From: Acidobacteriota bacterium
GTDB lineage: Bacteria > Acidobacteriota > UBA890 > WLXD01
DNA length: 64,000 bases
Assembly: GCA_965205505.1 (NCBI GenBank)
Contig: CBDBHB010000008.1
Span: 160,001-224,000 of the forward strand
Direction: 5' to 3'
The position numbers and the translations under genes were made by a program. Below the pieces are notes generated by a model. It saw only the letters and a list, made by a program, of their open reading frames with translations. It ran no database searches and was not told the DNA's origin. Below, piece after piece: positions 11,428-21,315 of this stretch; position 1 is the first letter of the stretch, and each line of letters opens with the position of its first letter.

Positions 11428-13944
11428 TCATAAGAGGCTCTGTGGGTCGATATCGACCACCAAGTCGCGTGGCAACCGGCGTGCCTGCCGCAAGCGCCGC
11501 ATCGATCGCCTTAGATGGTCACTGAGATCACCTCGGGTAGCGGCCTTGAGCAGCAGCTGGACTCGGTACTTGCCACGCAACCGCGAGATCGGCGGCGACG
11601 CCGGACCGAGCACGTCGATTCCCTCCCCCGCCTCAGCCCGTAGCGCGGCCGCCAAGCGGTCCGCGTCCTCCTTCACCGACGCCGCCAGCTTACCCCTGCA
11701 GACGCATGCTGCAAGCGCCACGAAGGGCGGATACCGCAGCCGTCGCCGATACTCGATCTCACGCTCATAGAACGCCTCGAAGTCATGGTGCATCGCCGCC
11801 TCGATGGCGTAGTGGCCCGGTTGGTGTGCCTGCAGCAGCACTTCTCCAGCAACTTCGCCACGGCCAGCTCGTCCCGCCATTTGCGTTAGCAGCTGGAAGG
11901 TACGCTCGGCGGCGCGAAAGTCGGGCATCGACAACGCGGTGTCAGCACCGACGACACCGACCAGTGTCACACGGGGAAAGTCGTGTCCCTTGGCCAGCAT
12001 CTGAGTGCCGACAAGCACGTCGATATCGCCTTTTCCGAAGCGCGACAGAATACGTGCATGGGCGCCCCGCCGCTGTGTCTGATCGGCATCGAAGCGCTCG
12101 ATACGGGCGCCCGGAAACCGCTGCCGAAGGGTCGCCTGCAGACGTTCGGTACCGTGGCCGAGTTCGTGCAGCACAGCTGCCCCGCAGGCGACGCACACGG
12201 TGGGCACCGGCGCGCGGTGGTCGCAGTAGTGGCACCGCAGCGTCCGGTCGGAACGATGCACCGTAAGGCTCACGGCACAGTGCGGACACTCCACGCGCTC
12301 GCCACAGGCGCGGCATAGCAAAACCGTCGCGAACCCGCGCCGGTTGAGCAGCATCAACGCCTGCTCGCGGCGTTCCAGGCGTGCGGCGATGCTGTCCTCG
12401 AGGCGCCGCGAAATGAGGCTCCGGACGCATTCCTTCCACTCGCGCCGCATGTCGACGAGGCTTACCTCTGGCATCGGTTGGCGCCGCACGCGGCGCGGCA
12501 AGCGCAGCAACTCCCACGCTGCGGCGGATGCTTGACGATAGCTCTCGACCGCCGGTGTTGCTGATCCCATCAGCACCGCGGCACCCTCGAGGCGGGCGCG
12601 CCAGCGGGCGACGTCGCGGCCGTTGTAGCGCGGCCGTTCGTGCTGCTTGTAGGCGCCGTCCTGTTCCTCGTCGATGACGATGAGACCGACGTCGGCGAGC
12701 GGCGCGAATACTGCAGACCGCGGGCCCACCACGACGCGCGATTCGCCGCGTCGGACGCGCCACCAAGCACGCGCGCGCGCCCCATCGGCCATGCCGGAAT
12801 GGAGGACCGAGACGCGATCGCCGAGCACCGCGCGAGCGCGCTCCTCGAGCTGCGGTGTCAGGCCGATCTCCGGAACCAGCAGCAGCGCCGCGCGTCCGGC
12901 ACGCAGGGCGTGCGCGGCGGCGCGCAGGTACACCTCGGTCTTACCGCTACCGGTCACTCCGTGCAGCAACGCCGGGTGCAGCGCGCGCTCGTCGATAGCG
13001 CGCTTCACCGAGCACAAGGCGAGCTCCTGATCGGCGGTCAGGACGAAGCCGCCAGCTCCACCGGCTCCCAGCTTCCAGGGCGTCGCTTCCTCTAACGGAC
13101 GACGCTCGAGCTCGACCAACTCCTTGTGCTGGAGCGCCGACAACACCGAGTGGGTGATACCGAGCTGCTTGGTCATTGTCGCCACATCGATCTGGTGTGA
13201 CGGCTCCGCTAGCAGAGCCTCCAGCACCCGCCGCTGTGCGGGCGCCCGCCCGGTTGCCTCATGAGCCACTGCGACATCAACGCCGGCGCACAGTCGGGCG
13301 GCGATCCGGTGCGCCCCGGGCTCGGAGCCGTTCCACTCATCGAGCACCTCGACGAGGCCGGCGGCGCTCAGCTCGTACAGCGACGCGTGCAGTGATTGCA
13401 GACTGGTCCGCCGACGAATCACCGCGGCGGTCACCCAGCGTGACTCGGCGCCGGCGGCGCGCGCGGCCTCGAGCACAGAAAGGGCCGCCGTCGACAGTCG
13501 ATCGTCGACAGCCGGCGCCCGCTCGATTCGAACTCGCCTGCCGGCCGACGGATCGCGACTTCCTGGCGGCAAAGCCAGCTGCGCCACCTCGCCGGGTCCC
13601 ACCAGATACGTCGAGGCAATCTGCTGAATCAGCGCCAGCATGAGCGGGCCGATAACCGCGTCGCGATCGAGGCAATCCTCCACGGCCCGTACGCGACGAG
13701 GATCGACACCAGCGGGTGGCTTCTCCGCCGTTTCGACGATGACTCCCTGTACCTTGCGCCCGCCGAAACGCACGCTCACCCGCATCCCTGGGATCGCCTG
13801 CGGCTCGAGCGCCTCCGGCACGCGGTAGGAGAAGACTTCGTCGACGGGCGCCGGCACAGCCACAAGCGCGTAGCGTGCCGCTTCGTCGTAGAGCGAAAAC
13901 TGTCGCGTCACGCCGGCGGCTCGATCCAACGGGGAACCGACCAA
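11428..13944 (-). CDS. priA: Primosomal protein N' (replication restart helicase)
   Basis: GVTGSGKTEVY, LVPEIGLTPQ, Zn-finger CxxC repeats, GTQMLAKGHDFP, QMAGRAGR. Confidence 0.96.
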   Translation of the reverse strand: MVGSPLDRAAGVTRQFSLYDEAARYALVAVPAPVDEVFSYRVPEALEPQAIPGMRVSVRFGGRKVQGVIVETAEKPPAGVDPRRVRAVEDCLDRDAVIGPLMLALIQQIASTYLVGPGEVAQLALPPGSRDPSAGRRVRIERAPAVDDRLSTAALSVLEAARAAGAESRWVTAAVIRRRTSLQSLHASLYELSAAGLVEVLDEWNGSEPGAHRIAARLCAGVDVAVAHEATGRAPAQRRVLEALLAEPSHQIDVATMTKQLGITHSVLSALQHKELVELERRPLEEATPWKLGAGGAGGFVLTADQELALCSVKRAIDERALHPALLHGVTGSGKTEVYLRAAAHALRAGRAALLLVPEIGLTPQLEERARAVLGDRVSVLHSGMADGARARAWWRVRRGESRVVVGPRSAVFAPLADVGLIVIDEEQDGAYKQHERPRYNGRDVARWRARLEGAAVLMGSATPAVESYRQASAAAWELLRLPRRVRRQPMPEVSLVDMRREWKECVRSLISRRLEDSIAARLERREQALMLLNRRGFATVLLCRACGERVECPHCAVSLTVHRSDRTLRCHYCDHRAPVPTVCVACGAAVLHELGHGTERLQATLRQRFPGARIERFDADQTQRRGAHARILSRFGKGDIDVLVGTQMLAKGHDFPRVTLVGVVGADTALSMPDFRAAERTFQLLTQMAGRAGRGEVAGEVLLQAHQPGHYAIEAAMHHDFEAFYEREIEYRRRLRYPPFVALAACVCRGKLAASVKEDADRLAAALRAEAGEGIDVLGPASPPISRLRGKYRVQLLLKAATRGDLSDHLRRSMRRLRQARRLPRDLVVDIDPQSLL

Positions 13945-13963
13945 GCCGAGAGTTTCGAGCGAC

Positions 13964-14662
13964 TCAAGGCGCCGCGAGCCGCTCCATCACCACCTGCACG
14001 TCCTGCCACGTCTTGCCCTTGTCGGCTGGATTCCGGAGTAAGTATGCGGGGTGGTAGGTGCAGACTACGGGAATCCCGAGCCACTCGTGAACCCGACCGC
14101 GCATCCGACCGAGAGGCTCGCTCGTCTGCAGCACCGATTGAGCTGCCACGCGTCCCAGGAGCACGATAATCTCCGGACGGATCGCCTCCACCTGGCGTCG
14201 CAGGAACGGACCACACGCTTCGAGCTCGTCCGATTCCGGGTTGCGATTACGCGGCGGGCGGCACTTGACGGCGTTGGCGATATAGACCTCTTCGCGCTGC
14301 AGGCCCATCGCCTTGATGATGCGATTGAGCATTTGCCCGGCACGGCCCACGAACGGTTCGCCTTGCAAGTCCTCATCGCGGCCGGGGCCTTCGCCAATGA
14401 ACATCAGCCGGGCACGCGGCGGACCGACGCCGAACACCACGTTCGTACGTCCCTCGCTCAGCTTGCACAAGGTGCATCCGGCCGCCTCCGCGCCGATCTC
14501 CTCGAGGCTATCTCCTCCTGACGCATCTGCGCGTACCGCGGCCCCCTCCATCGGACTCCGCGCCTTGGTCTTCAGGCCCCAGACGCCCTCGCGCTCGAGA
14601 CCTTCCAGATGCGCGACGAGATGGCGCCGAATGCTGTCGTCGGACGGACCGGAGCCGGTCAC
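13964..14662 (-). CDS. Family 4 uracil-DNA glycosylase
   Basis: [37 protein letters not shown]; GTG at 14662 overlaps the coaBC stop. Confidence 0.92.
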   Translation of the reverse strand: MTGSGPSDDSIRRHLVAHLEGLEREGVWGLKTKARSPMEGAAVRADASGGDSLEEIGAEAAGCTLCKLSEGRTNVVFGVGPPRARLMFIGEGPGRDEDLQGEPFVGRAGQMLNRIIKAMGLQREEVYIANAVKCRPPRNRNPESDELEACGPFLRRQVEAIRPEIIVLLGRVAAQSVLQTSEPLGRMRGRVHEWLGIPVVCTYHPAYLLRNPADKGKTWQDVQVVMERLAAP

Positions 14663-15891
14663 GAGCTCGCCTCGGCGCGGTACGCGAGAACCGCTTCCCA
14701 TACGGCACGAGCGATCGCGGCCTTCGGCGCTGGGCCGACTTGCGCCCGCCCGCCCCGCCTGTCGAGGATGACCACTTCGTTTTGGTCGGCTCCCATGCCG
14801 CGTCCCACGGCGTCGACGAGGTTGCCGACGATGAGGTCGCATCCCTTTTGTTCCAGTTTGCCCCGCGCCTGCGCCTCGAGGTCACGCGTCTCGGCTGCGA
14901 ATCCTACCAGCAGCGGCGGGGCCGATCGTGCGCCCAGTGCGGCGAGAATATCGACGGTGCGCGCTAGCTCGAGTTGAAGCGAGTCCGACCCGGCTTTCTT
15001 GATCTTGTCGGCGGCCGGCACCGGGACGGTGAAATCACAGACCGCCGCGGCCATGATAGCGATGTCGCAACCGTCCACGGCGTCAAACACTGCCGCCGCC
15101 ATTTGCGACGCGCTTTCGACCCGCTCCACCAGCACACCGGGGGGGTCCGGCAAGCATGTCGGACCCGACACCAGGCGCGCACGTGCGCCGAGCGCCGCAG
15201 CCTCGGCGGCGATCGCATAGCCCATCTTGCCGCTAGAACGATTCGTAAGGACTCGAACCGGGTCCAGCGCCTCACGCGTAGGGCCGGCGGTGACCAAGAC
15301 GGTGGTGCCCTGCAGAGGCCGCACCTTCGCACCTTCGCCAAGCAGTGGAACAGCTACGGTGACGATCTCGCTGGGCTCCGACATACGCCCCGGCCCCTGC
15401 CGCCCCGACGCCAGCGCGCCATCACCCGGGCCCACTACCTGGACGCCGCGTTCACGTAGCAACTCCAGGTTTCGCTGTACGGCCGGCTGTCCGTACATAT
15501 CATCTTCCATTGCCGGAGCGACGAGCACCCGCCCGGCTGCCGCTAGCAGCAAAGTCGATGGGAAGTCGTCGGCGATACCGTGCGCCATCTTGGCGATGAA
15601 GTTCGCTGTGGCAGGAGCCACGCACACGAGGTCGGCACGCTCGGCCCACCGCACGTGCGGGATCTCCTCGGGCGCCGGATCCTCAAACAGCGAAGCAACC
15701 ACACGATTGCCCGAGAGTGCAGCGAAGGTCTGCGATGCGACGAATTTCGTCGCTGCTCGCGTCATGGCAACGTGCACGTCGGCGTCCACGTCACGGAATC
15801 GCCGTACGACCTCGCATGCCTTGTAAGCGGCGATACCGCCGCTTACCACCAGCACTACTTGTGCCTGGCGCGTCTTCGACTCAGCGCTCAT
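14659..15891 (-). CDS. coaBC: Bifunctional PPC decarboxylase / PPC synthetase
   Basis: [42 protein letters not shown]. Confidence 0.95.
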   Translation of the reverse strand: MSAESKTRQAQVVLVVSGGIAAYKACEVVRRFRDVDADVHVAMTRAATKFVASQTFAALSGNRVVASLFEDPAPEEIPHVRWAERADLVCVAPATANFIAKMAHGIADDFPSTLLLAAAGRVLVAPAMEDDMYGQPAVQRNLELLRERGVQVVGPGDGALASGRQGPGRMSEPSEIVTVAVPLLGEGAKVRPLQGTTVLVTAGPTREALDPVRVLTNRSSGKMGYAIAAEAAALGARARLVSGPTCLPDPPGVLVERVESASQMAAAVFDAVDGCDIAIMAAAVCDFTVPVPAADKIKKAGSDSLQLELARTVDILAALGARSAPPLLVGFAAETRDLEAQARGKLEQKGCDLIVGNLVDAVGRGMGADQNEVVILDRRGGRAQVGPAPKAAIARAVWEAVLAYRAEASS

Positions 15892-15929
15892 GGCGTTCAG
15901 GCAAGCCTGGCGGTTGCGGCCGCCGCCTG

Positions 15930-16172
15930 CTACTCCTCTTCGACGCTTTCCTTTTCCTCAACCGGCTCTTGCAATCCAGCGGCCACAAGGCCAGCGGCTT
16001 CTTTGGGATCACGTAGCTCCCACGGGACCTCTCCGGCGCGCACCTCCTGGATCGCCAGCGTGCTGTACTTGCGAGCGTTGGAGTCGATCTTGGGCCGGGC
16101 TCCTCGCATCAACTGCAAGCAGCGCTTGGCCGCGACTTCGACGAACAGATACTCGCTGTCTGGCTTACTCAT
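15930..16172 (-). CDS. rpoZ: RNA polymerase omega subunit
   Basis: YLFVEVAAKRCLQLMRGA; gmk-rpoZ-coaBC context. Confidence 0.85.
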   Translation of the reverse strand: MSKPDSEYLFVEVAAKRCLQLMRGARPKIDSNARKYSTLAIQEVRAGEVPWELRDPKEAAGLVAAGLQEPVEEKESVEEE

Positions 16173-16204
16173 CGTTGCTCCAACGCGTTCCGCCCGTGAT
16201 TGGG

Positions 16205-16846
16205 CTACCCCTGTGCCAAGAACCGGAAAGCTGTGAGGATAGCCTCAGCCTCCCCGACCCGTCGGGCCTGTCGACTGCGCTCAGCCCGCACGATCCCCTC
16301 GAGCTCGGCAACGGCGGTTTCAAAGTCGTCGTTGACGATGACGTAATCGTAGCTCAGATACTGCTCGATCTCGTGCACGGCCACTGTGAGTCTGGTCGCT
16401 TGATCAGCCTGTCGCGCCGGATCGGAACCATCGCGGCGCCGGAGACGACGCTGCAGGGCCTGCAGAGACGGCGGCAGCACGAAGATCGTGACGGCGGTAT
16501 CTAGCGTCTCACGTACGACGGCGGCCCCCTGAACATCGATGACCAAGACCGCGTCGTGCCCTGTGGAGTGGATGCGATCAATCTCGGCTCGTGGCGTGCC
16601 GTACTGGTGACTGTGCACCTCGGCCCATTCGAGGAACGCTCCCGCCTGTCGACGCCGTTCGAACTCCTCCTCGTCGACAAAGTAATACTCGCGCCCATCC
16701 TGCTCGTCAGGGCGCGGCGCACGGGTGGTGGCAGAAACGGTTCGCTCTAGACGTTCGACCCGGCCGAGCACGGCGTCGGCCAAGGAGGTCTTGCCGGCGC
16801 CGGACGGCGCCGACACCACAAAGCAGAATGGAACGTCCTCACTCAA
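16205..16846 (-). CDS. gmk: Guanylate kinase
   Basis: SAPSGAGKTS, SATTRAPRPDEQDGREYYF, IDVQGA; probable TTG start at 16846. Confidence 0.95.
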   Translation of the reverse strand: MSEDVPFCFVVSAPSGAGKTSLADAVLGRVERLERTVSATTRAPRPDEQDGREYYFVDEEEFERRRQAGAFLEWAEVHSHQYGTPRAEIDRIHSTGHDAVLVIDVQGAAVVRETLDTAVTIFVLPPSLQALQRRLRRRDGSDPARQADQATRLTVAVHEIEQYLSYDYVIVNDDFETAVAELEGIVRAERSRQARRVGEAEAILTAFRFLAQG

Positions 16847-17717
16847 TGTTCTGCACCTGCTCACGAATGCGCTCGAGCTCGGCCTTCAGCTCCACCACGG
16901 TTTCGGCAACGACGAGGTCCTTGACCTTGGATCCAACCGTGTTGAGCTCGCGGTGAACTTCCTGAATGACGAAGTCCAGCGTGCGTCCGACGGCCTCGTC
17001 GCGCTGCAACAGGTCCTCCAGCTTCGCCAGATGCGAGCGCAGTCGGACGACTTCCTCGGTGACATCGGCGCGCTCTGCATGGTACGCGGCTTCCTGAACG
17101 ATCCGGTCCTCGTCGACGGTCACACCGGTGTCTACGAGCAGGCCCTGAATGCGCTCCCGTAACTGATCGCGAATGCGTTCGGGCAATTCCTGCGCTGCCA
17201 CTGCGATGGCCTCCACTCCTGCGCTGAGCGTCGCGGCGCGGGTGGCAAGATCGTCTACTAGATGCTCCCCTTCGCGACGGCGCATGGCATCCAGGGCATC
17301 GAGGGCCCGGCCAGCGGCACTATCTAGAAGCTGCCCCAGCTCTTCGGCGTCCGCCATGCTGGCGCCGTCGACAACGACACCCGGGAGCGCCAGCAGCGTC
17401 TGGAGGTCGGGAGTCAACGGCGTACCCAGCTCTTCGGCGACATCTTGTAGCTCGCCCAGCCAATGATTCAGCAGATCGCGACGGATGTGCGGCGCGCCCG
17501 CCCCGGCACCGCCGAGCGTCGCGGACAGGTCAACTTTGCCGCGCTGGACGCGCGCCAGGACGCGACGGCGCACCGGCTCCTCGAACGCCGCCAGCATGCC
17601 CGGCAAGCGCAGCGAAACACGGCAATACCTGTGGTTCACGGCGCGAACCTCGACGGTGAGTCGCAGACTCTCCGACGAAGCCTCGCCGCGCCCGTGACTA
17701 CTCATGCTCCGAACCAT
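16839..17717 (-). CDS. YicC/YloC family endoribonuclease
   Basis: MVRSMS..GR, VNHRY, DVTEEVVRL, RELNTVGSK, REQVQNIE. Confidence 0.93.
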   Translation of the reverse strand: MVRSMSSHGRGEASSESLRLTVEVRAVNHRYCRVSLRLPGMLAAFEEPVRRRVLARVQRGKVDLSATLGGAGAGAPHIRRDLLNHWLGELQDVAEELGTPLTPDLQTLLALPGVVVDGASMADAEELGQLLDSAAGRALDALDAMRRREGEHLVDDLATRAATLSAGVEAIAVAAQELPERIRDQLRERIQGLLVDTGVTVDEDRIVQEAAYHAERADVTEEVVRLRSHLAKLEDLLQRDEAVGRTLDFVIQEVHRELNTVGSKVKDLVVAETVVELKAELERIREQVQNIE

Positions 17718-17777
17718 GGCGGGCCATATTAGCAGGACGCCGCCCTGTCTCGTTGCGCAGGTCGACGTAGCTCCGAG

Positions 17778-17802
17778 CTAGTGTGCTGAGTCAGGACACT
17801 AG
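17778..17802. mobile_element. 25-bp ends-only palindrome of MITE family A
   Basis: CTAGTGTGCTGAGTCAGGACACTAG. Confidence 0.75.
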
Positions 17803-17831
17803 CAGGCCGTGGTGGAAGTGTGGCGGTCTAG
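17799..17831. repeat. 33-bp mini-element family B
   Basis: CTAGCAGGCCGTGGTGGAAGTGTGGCGGTCTAG; 30/33 identical to 60832-60864; right CTAG contains the stop codon of the PQQ gene. Confidence 0.85.
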
Positions 17832-19762
17832 TCCAATCCGAAGGCCAGCAACACATTCCCCGGCGCGCCGCCGAGAATCGCGTAGCCGGAGCCGATGAAC
17901 ATCATCCCGTCGACGATCGTCGGCGCGCCGCCACCAATTCCACCGCCGAAGCCCGAAACACCGTTCACGGTCTCGAACTCGCGCTGCGTCGGATACTCCC
18001 AGAGAATCGTGCCGTCCTCGGACGAGTATGAACGCAGGACACCGTTCCACGATCCGGTCAACACGGCGCCGGGGATAGCGCTCGCCGACGACCAGTTGGC
18101 CGACGAACACTGCCTCGCCTCAGGATCGGGACAGTCGTCCGGCTTCTCGAGCTCGGTGTACCAAACGCGGGAGCCGTCGGCTGGGCGTATCGCCGCAATA
18201 GCACCGGTCCCGTCGCGGAACGGGAGCGGCTTGAAGTAGTACTCGCCGTCGAAGGCACCTCCGAAGCCGCCGTTGGCCGCCGCCAGCCTGTCGCCGGCCT
18301 GGGAGACCCAAAGGATAGCCCCGTTGTTGTCGGGATCGAGGGCGGTCATCCGCCCGCTCTCCTGTCCGGTGATGATCATGCGGCGACCGTCAGGTGCGGT
18401 GTACAGCACCGGCGCCCCCGACGGGTCGTCGTCCGGATCGTTGACGTAGCCCGGGCAGTTGAGCCGCATCTCCTCCGGAGTCCGACCGCACCCGCCCCCG
18501 TGTCGATCCATCGGCACGAGCTGCGTCGACCATTCCCGCGCCCCGGTGTCCATGTCGAACGCCATGATTGAGACGCAGGCGCCACCGTCGAATCCGACCT
18601 TCTGCTCGAAGAACTCCGAGATGTAGCAGGTTCCGGTAGTAGCGTAGACGCGGCGCAGCTTGAGATCGATCGTCGGCGCGTTCCAGACCGCGGCTCCGGC
18701 CGGCCCGTACAGCTGCGTGCCCGCCGAGTTCCTGCGCAGCGGACGCGGACGCTCGGTCATGGTGAACGTCTTCCACACCGGTTGCCCGGTGTTCACGTTG
18801 ATCGCCGTGACGCTGCCCTGGAACTTGCAGCATTCGTAGGTCAACTGCCGTCCGGGGATCTGCTCCCACGACGAGACCCCGACATAGAGATGGCCGCCGG
18901 GCGAAGGATCGAGCGTCGGCGGGCCGGTGATCTTGGCGGCCTGGTGGTCGTCGGGAAGCAACGACCAGAGCTCCTCACCGGTCTCCGCGTTGACCGCGGT
19001 GACGTACCCCATGTAGTCGCCGAAGTAGGCGGCGTAACGAACCGCGGAGATCTCCGTGATCTCGCCGATGCTGACCGCCGTGCGAACCTGCCCCGGTGCC
19101 TCGTACGACCAGTGGATGCAGCCCGTCTTGGCATCCAGCGCATACACGAAGTTGTTGTCGCTCCCGATAAACAACGCCCCGCCGACGACCGTCGGCTGCG
19201 TCCACGCAGCGGAGGCTGCACCCGGAATCGCGAACGCCCATTTGAGCTTCAGCTGCGACATCTGTGAGGCGGACAACCCGCCGGCTTCCTGCGGCTGGAA
19301 CCGGTACGACTTCGTCGGATCGGGAGTCCATCCGTTCCAACCCGGCTGCCCGAATGGATCGTCCAAGCTCAGAGGGCTGCTGCACGGGTTGCTCATGGCC
19401 GCAGCGGTGCGGTCGGCGGTGCCGCCGAAGGGCTTGCCGGTCACGAGCTCCGCCATCGCCCGTAGCTGCGCCTCGCTGTAGCCCTCCGCAAACTCCACCA
19501 TCGGCCCGGTCGTCAGAGCGGCAAGCACACGCTCCGGCTCCAACAGCCGCAGCGTCTGCCGGCTGGGCGCCATGCTGTCGGGGCTGCGGTTGTCGTGACA
19601 AGAGGCGCATCTGCCCTCGAAGGGCGACACCATGCTTGCGGTAGAGGCCACCGCGGCCGGTTCCTGCTGCGCCCAGGCAGGCGCAGAGAATGACTGCGCT
19701 ATGATCGCGGACGCGGCGAGAATCGCCGTCAAGGCTCCCGTCAACAAGACTCTTCTCAGCAT
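17828..19762 (-). CDS. Secreted quinohemoprotein dehydrogenase (cytochrome c plus PQQ beta-propeller; polyvinyl-alcohol dehydrogenase-like)
   Basis: GGAGG SD and ATG at 19762; signal peptide ending AWA-Q; CASCH heme motif; LKLKWAF, ALDAKTGCIHW, YECCKFQG vicinal Cys, GNVLLAF C-terminus. Confidence 0.85.
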   Translation of the reverse strand: MLRRVLLTGALTAILAASAIIAQSFSAPAWAQQEPAAVASTASMVSPFEGRCASCHDNRSPDSMAPSRQTLRLLEPERVLAALTTGPMVEFAEGYSEAQLRAMAELVTGKPFGGTADRTAAAMSNPCSSPLSLDDPFGQPGWNGWTPDPTKSYRFQPQEAGGLSASQMSQLKLKWAFAIPGAASAAWTQPTVVGGALFIGSDNNFVYALDAKTGCIHWSYEAPGQVRTAVSIGEITEISAVRYAAYFGDYMGYVTAVNAETGEELWSLLPDDHQAAKITGPPTLDPSPGGHLYVGVSSWEQIPGRQLTYECCKFQGSVTAINVNTGQPVWKTFTMTERPRPLRRNSAGTQLYGPAGAAVWNAPTIDLKLRRVYATTGTCYISEFFEQKVGFDGGACVSIMAFDMDTGAREWSTQLVPMDRHGGGCGRTPEEMRLNCPGYVNDPDDDPSGAPVLYTAPDGRRMIITGQESGRMTALDPDNNGAILWVSQAGDRLAAANGGFGGAFDGEYYFKPLPFRDGTGAIAAIRPADGSRVWYTELEKPDDCPDPEARQCSSANWSSASAIPGAVLTGSWNGVLRSYSSEDGTILWEYPTQREFETVNGVSGFGGGIGGGAPTIVDGMMFIGSGYAILGGAPGNVLLAFGLD

Positions 19763-19906
19763 CAGCGCCCTCCAGGCCTTACGATCGAGGTCGTGCGGGA
19801 TCTTGCAACCACGCTGCATCGTAGAGACCCGGGAGCGACGGGGCAAGCACGGTGCCGACCGCTTCCTGGAGCGGCGACCGTCTCCTACGCCTTGGGTCGC
19901 GCGGGC

Positions 19907-21166
19907 TCAGCTGACCGACTCCCAAAGGTCGAGCACCGCCATGGCCATCACCCGCGTCGACGTGATGATGTCGTCGACAGCGCAAGACTCGTCCACCTGG
20001 TGGGCTTGATGGAGCTCACCGGGGCCGTAGGCGATACAGCTGTCGATCCCTGCGATGCCCGACACGTGCTTGTGATCGTAGGTGCCGGGGCTGGCGACCA
20101 ACTGCGCCGGCCGCCCGACGATCTCGCAGACAGCGCGCTCGAACGACCGCACCAGCGGCGAGTCCGCTGGGGTTGCCGTCGGGTGCACCACGAGCAGGTC
20201 CGTGAGCTCGAACGCGTCCGCTCCGGGCTCGATGCTGGCGAGCAGCTGCACGATCTCCAGCTTGACCTCTTCGAACGCCTCCTCGGACAAGAACCGCCGG
20301 TCGAACGTCGCAGAACAGCGGTCGGGAACGCAGGGTGTTTGAGCTGCGGATCCCGTCTGACCTCCCTCGATCGCGTTGACGTTGATGCTGGCGCGGCGCG
20401 ATCCTTCCGGGACAATCGGCACTCTTGTAACTCGCTCTCTCAAAGACGGCGCCAGACGGGTGCGAATCGCTTCGAGGAAGGGCTGCAGGCGATCGATAGC
20501 GTTGACACCCAAGAACGGCATCGACCCATGCGCCATGACGCCAATCGCCGTGACCCGGAACCAGTACACACCGCGATGCCCAAGGCAAACACGGTCGATC
20601 CCGAAGGGCTCAGGGATCACCACGTGATCGGTGCGATCCGCGGCGATGCGGCCGATTTGCGCCAGATGAGCCAGGCCGGCCTGGCCGCCGCTTTCTTCGT
20701 CGACGGTGCCGCTGAGCTCCAATCGCCCATGGCGCCGCACCCCGGCGCGGCGTATTGCCTCGACGGCAAAGAGCGCCGCTGCCAGCCCCGCCTTCATGTC
20801 GGCGCTGCCGCGGCCGTACAATCGACCGTTGGCAATCTTGCCGCCGAACGGGTCGACCGTCCAGCCCTCACCGGGGGGCACCACATCGAAGTGCCCATTG
20901 AAATGCACGCATGGTCCGGGCGAGTCTCCCTCCAACATCCCGATGACGTTGGGTCGGGGGAGGCGCTCCCGCTGCTGAGAAACTTGGTAAGACTCGACCT
21001 CGATTCCGCCTCGCCGCAGATGGTCGGCGATGAGCTCGGCCGCCGCGCAGTATTCTTCGCCGGGTGGGTTGATTGTCGGGATACGAACGAGCTCGGCGGC
21101 AAGCTCGGTGATCTCGTCCGCAGCTGCCTCAACTTGGTGAAGCACCCGCTCCCGCACACCCGTCAT
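19907..21166 (-). CDS. M20 ArgE/DapE family amidohydrolase
   Basis: FNGHFDVVP, GRGSADMKAG, DEESGG, AYGPG...AHQVDE. Confidence 0.9.
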   Translation of the reverse strand: MTGVRERVLHQVEAAADEITELAAELVRIPTINPPGEEYCAAAELIADHLRRGGIEVESYQVSQQRERLPRPNVIGMLEGDSPGPCVHFNGHFDVVPPGEGWTVDPFGGKIANGRLYGRGSADMKAGLAAALFAVEAIRRAGVRRHGRLELSGTVDEESGGQAGLAHLAQIGRIAADRTDHVVIPEPFGIDRVCLGHRGVYWFRVTAIGVMAHGSMPFLGVNAIDRLQPFLEAIRTRLAPSLRERVTRVPIVPEGSRRASINVNAIEGGQTGSAAQTPCVPDRCSATFDRRFLSEEAFEEVKLEIVQLLASIEPGADAFELTDLLVVHPTATPADSPLVRSFERAVCEIVGRPAQLVASPGTYDHKHVSGIAGIDSCIAYGPGELHQAHQVDESCAVDDIITSTRVMAMAVLDLWESVS

Positions 21167-21246
21167 TGATGACCCTGGCCCGTCGGCGGAGTCATTTCTC
21201 AAACACCGTTCGCCTTAACATGCTGTCTGCGCACGAGTGACGGAGC

Positions 21247-21314
21247 CTGGTGTCCTGATCCGACCCGGTCGCGCGCGCCACAATACGCAACGAACCTCTG
21301 ATACAGGACACTAG
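21247..21314. mobile_element. 68-bp internally deleted MITE, family A
   Basis: CTGGTGTCCTG...GCGCGCGCCACAATACGCAACGAACCTCTGATACAGGACACTAG; matches the reverse complement of the 39709 end. Confidence 0.85.
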
Positions 21315-21315
21315 C

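Noticed and set aside
19793-21169. 458-aa plus-strand ORF and similar Arg/Ala-rich ORFs across the window
   Set aside because: Overlap well-supported genes on the opposite strand; typical high-GC artefacts
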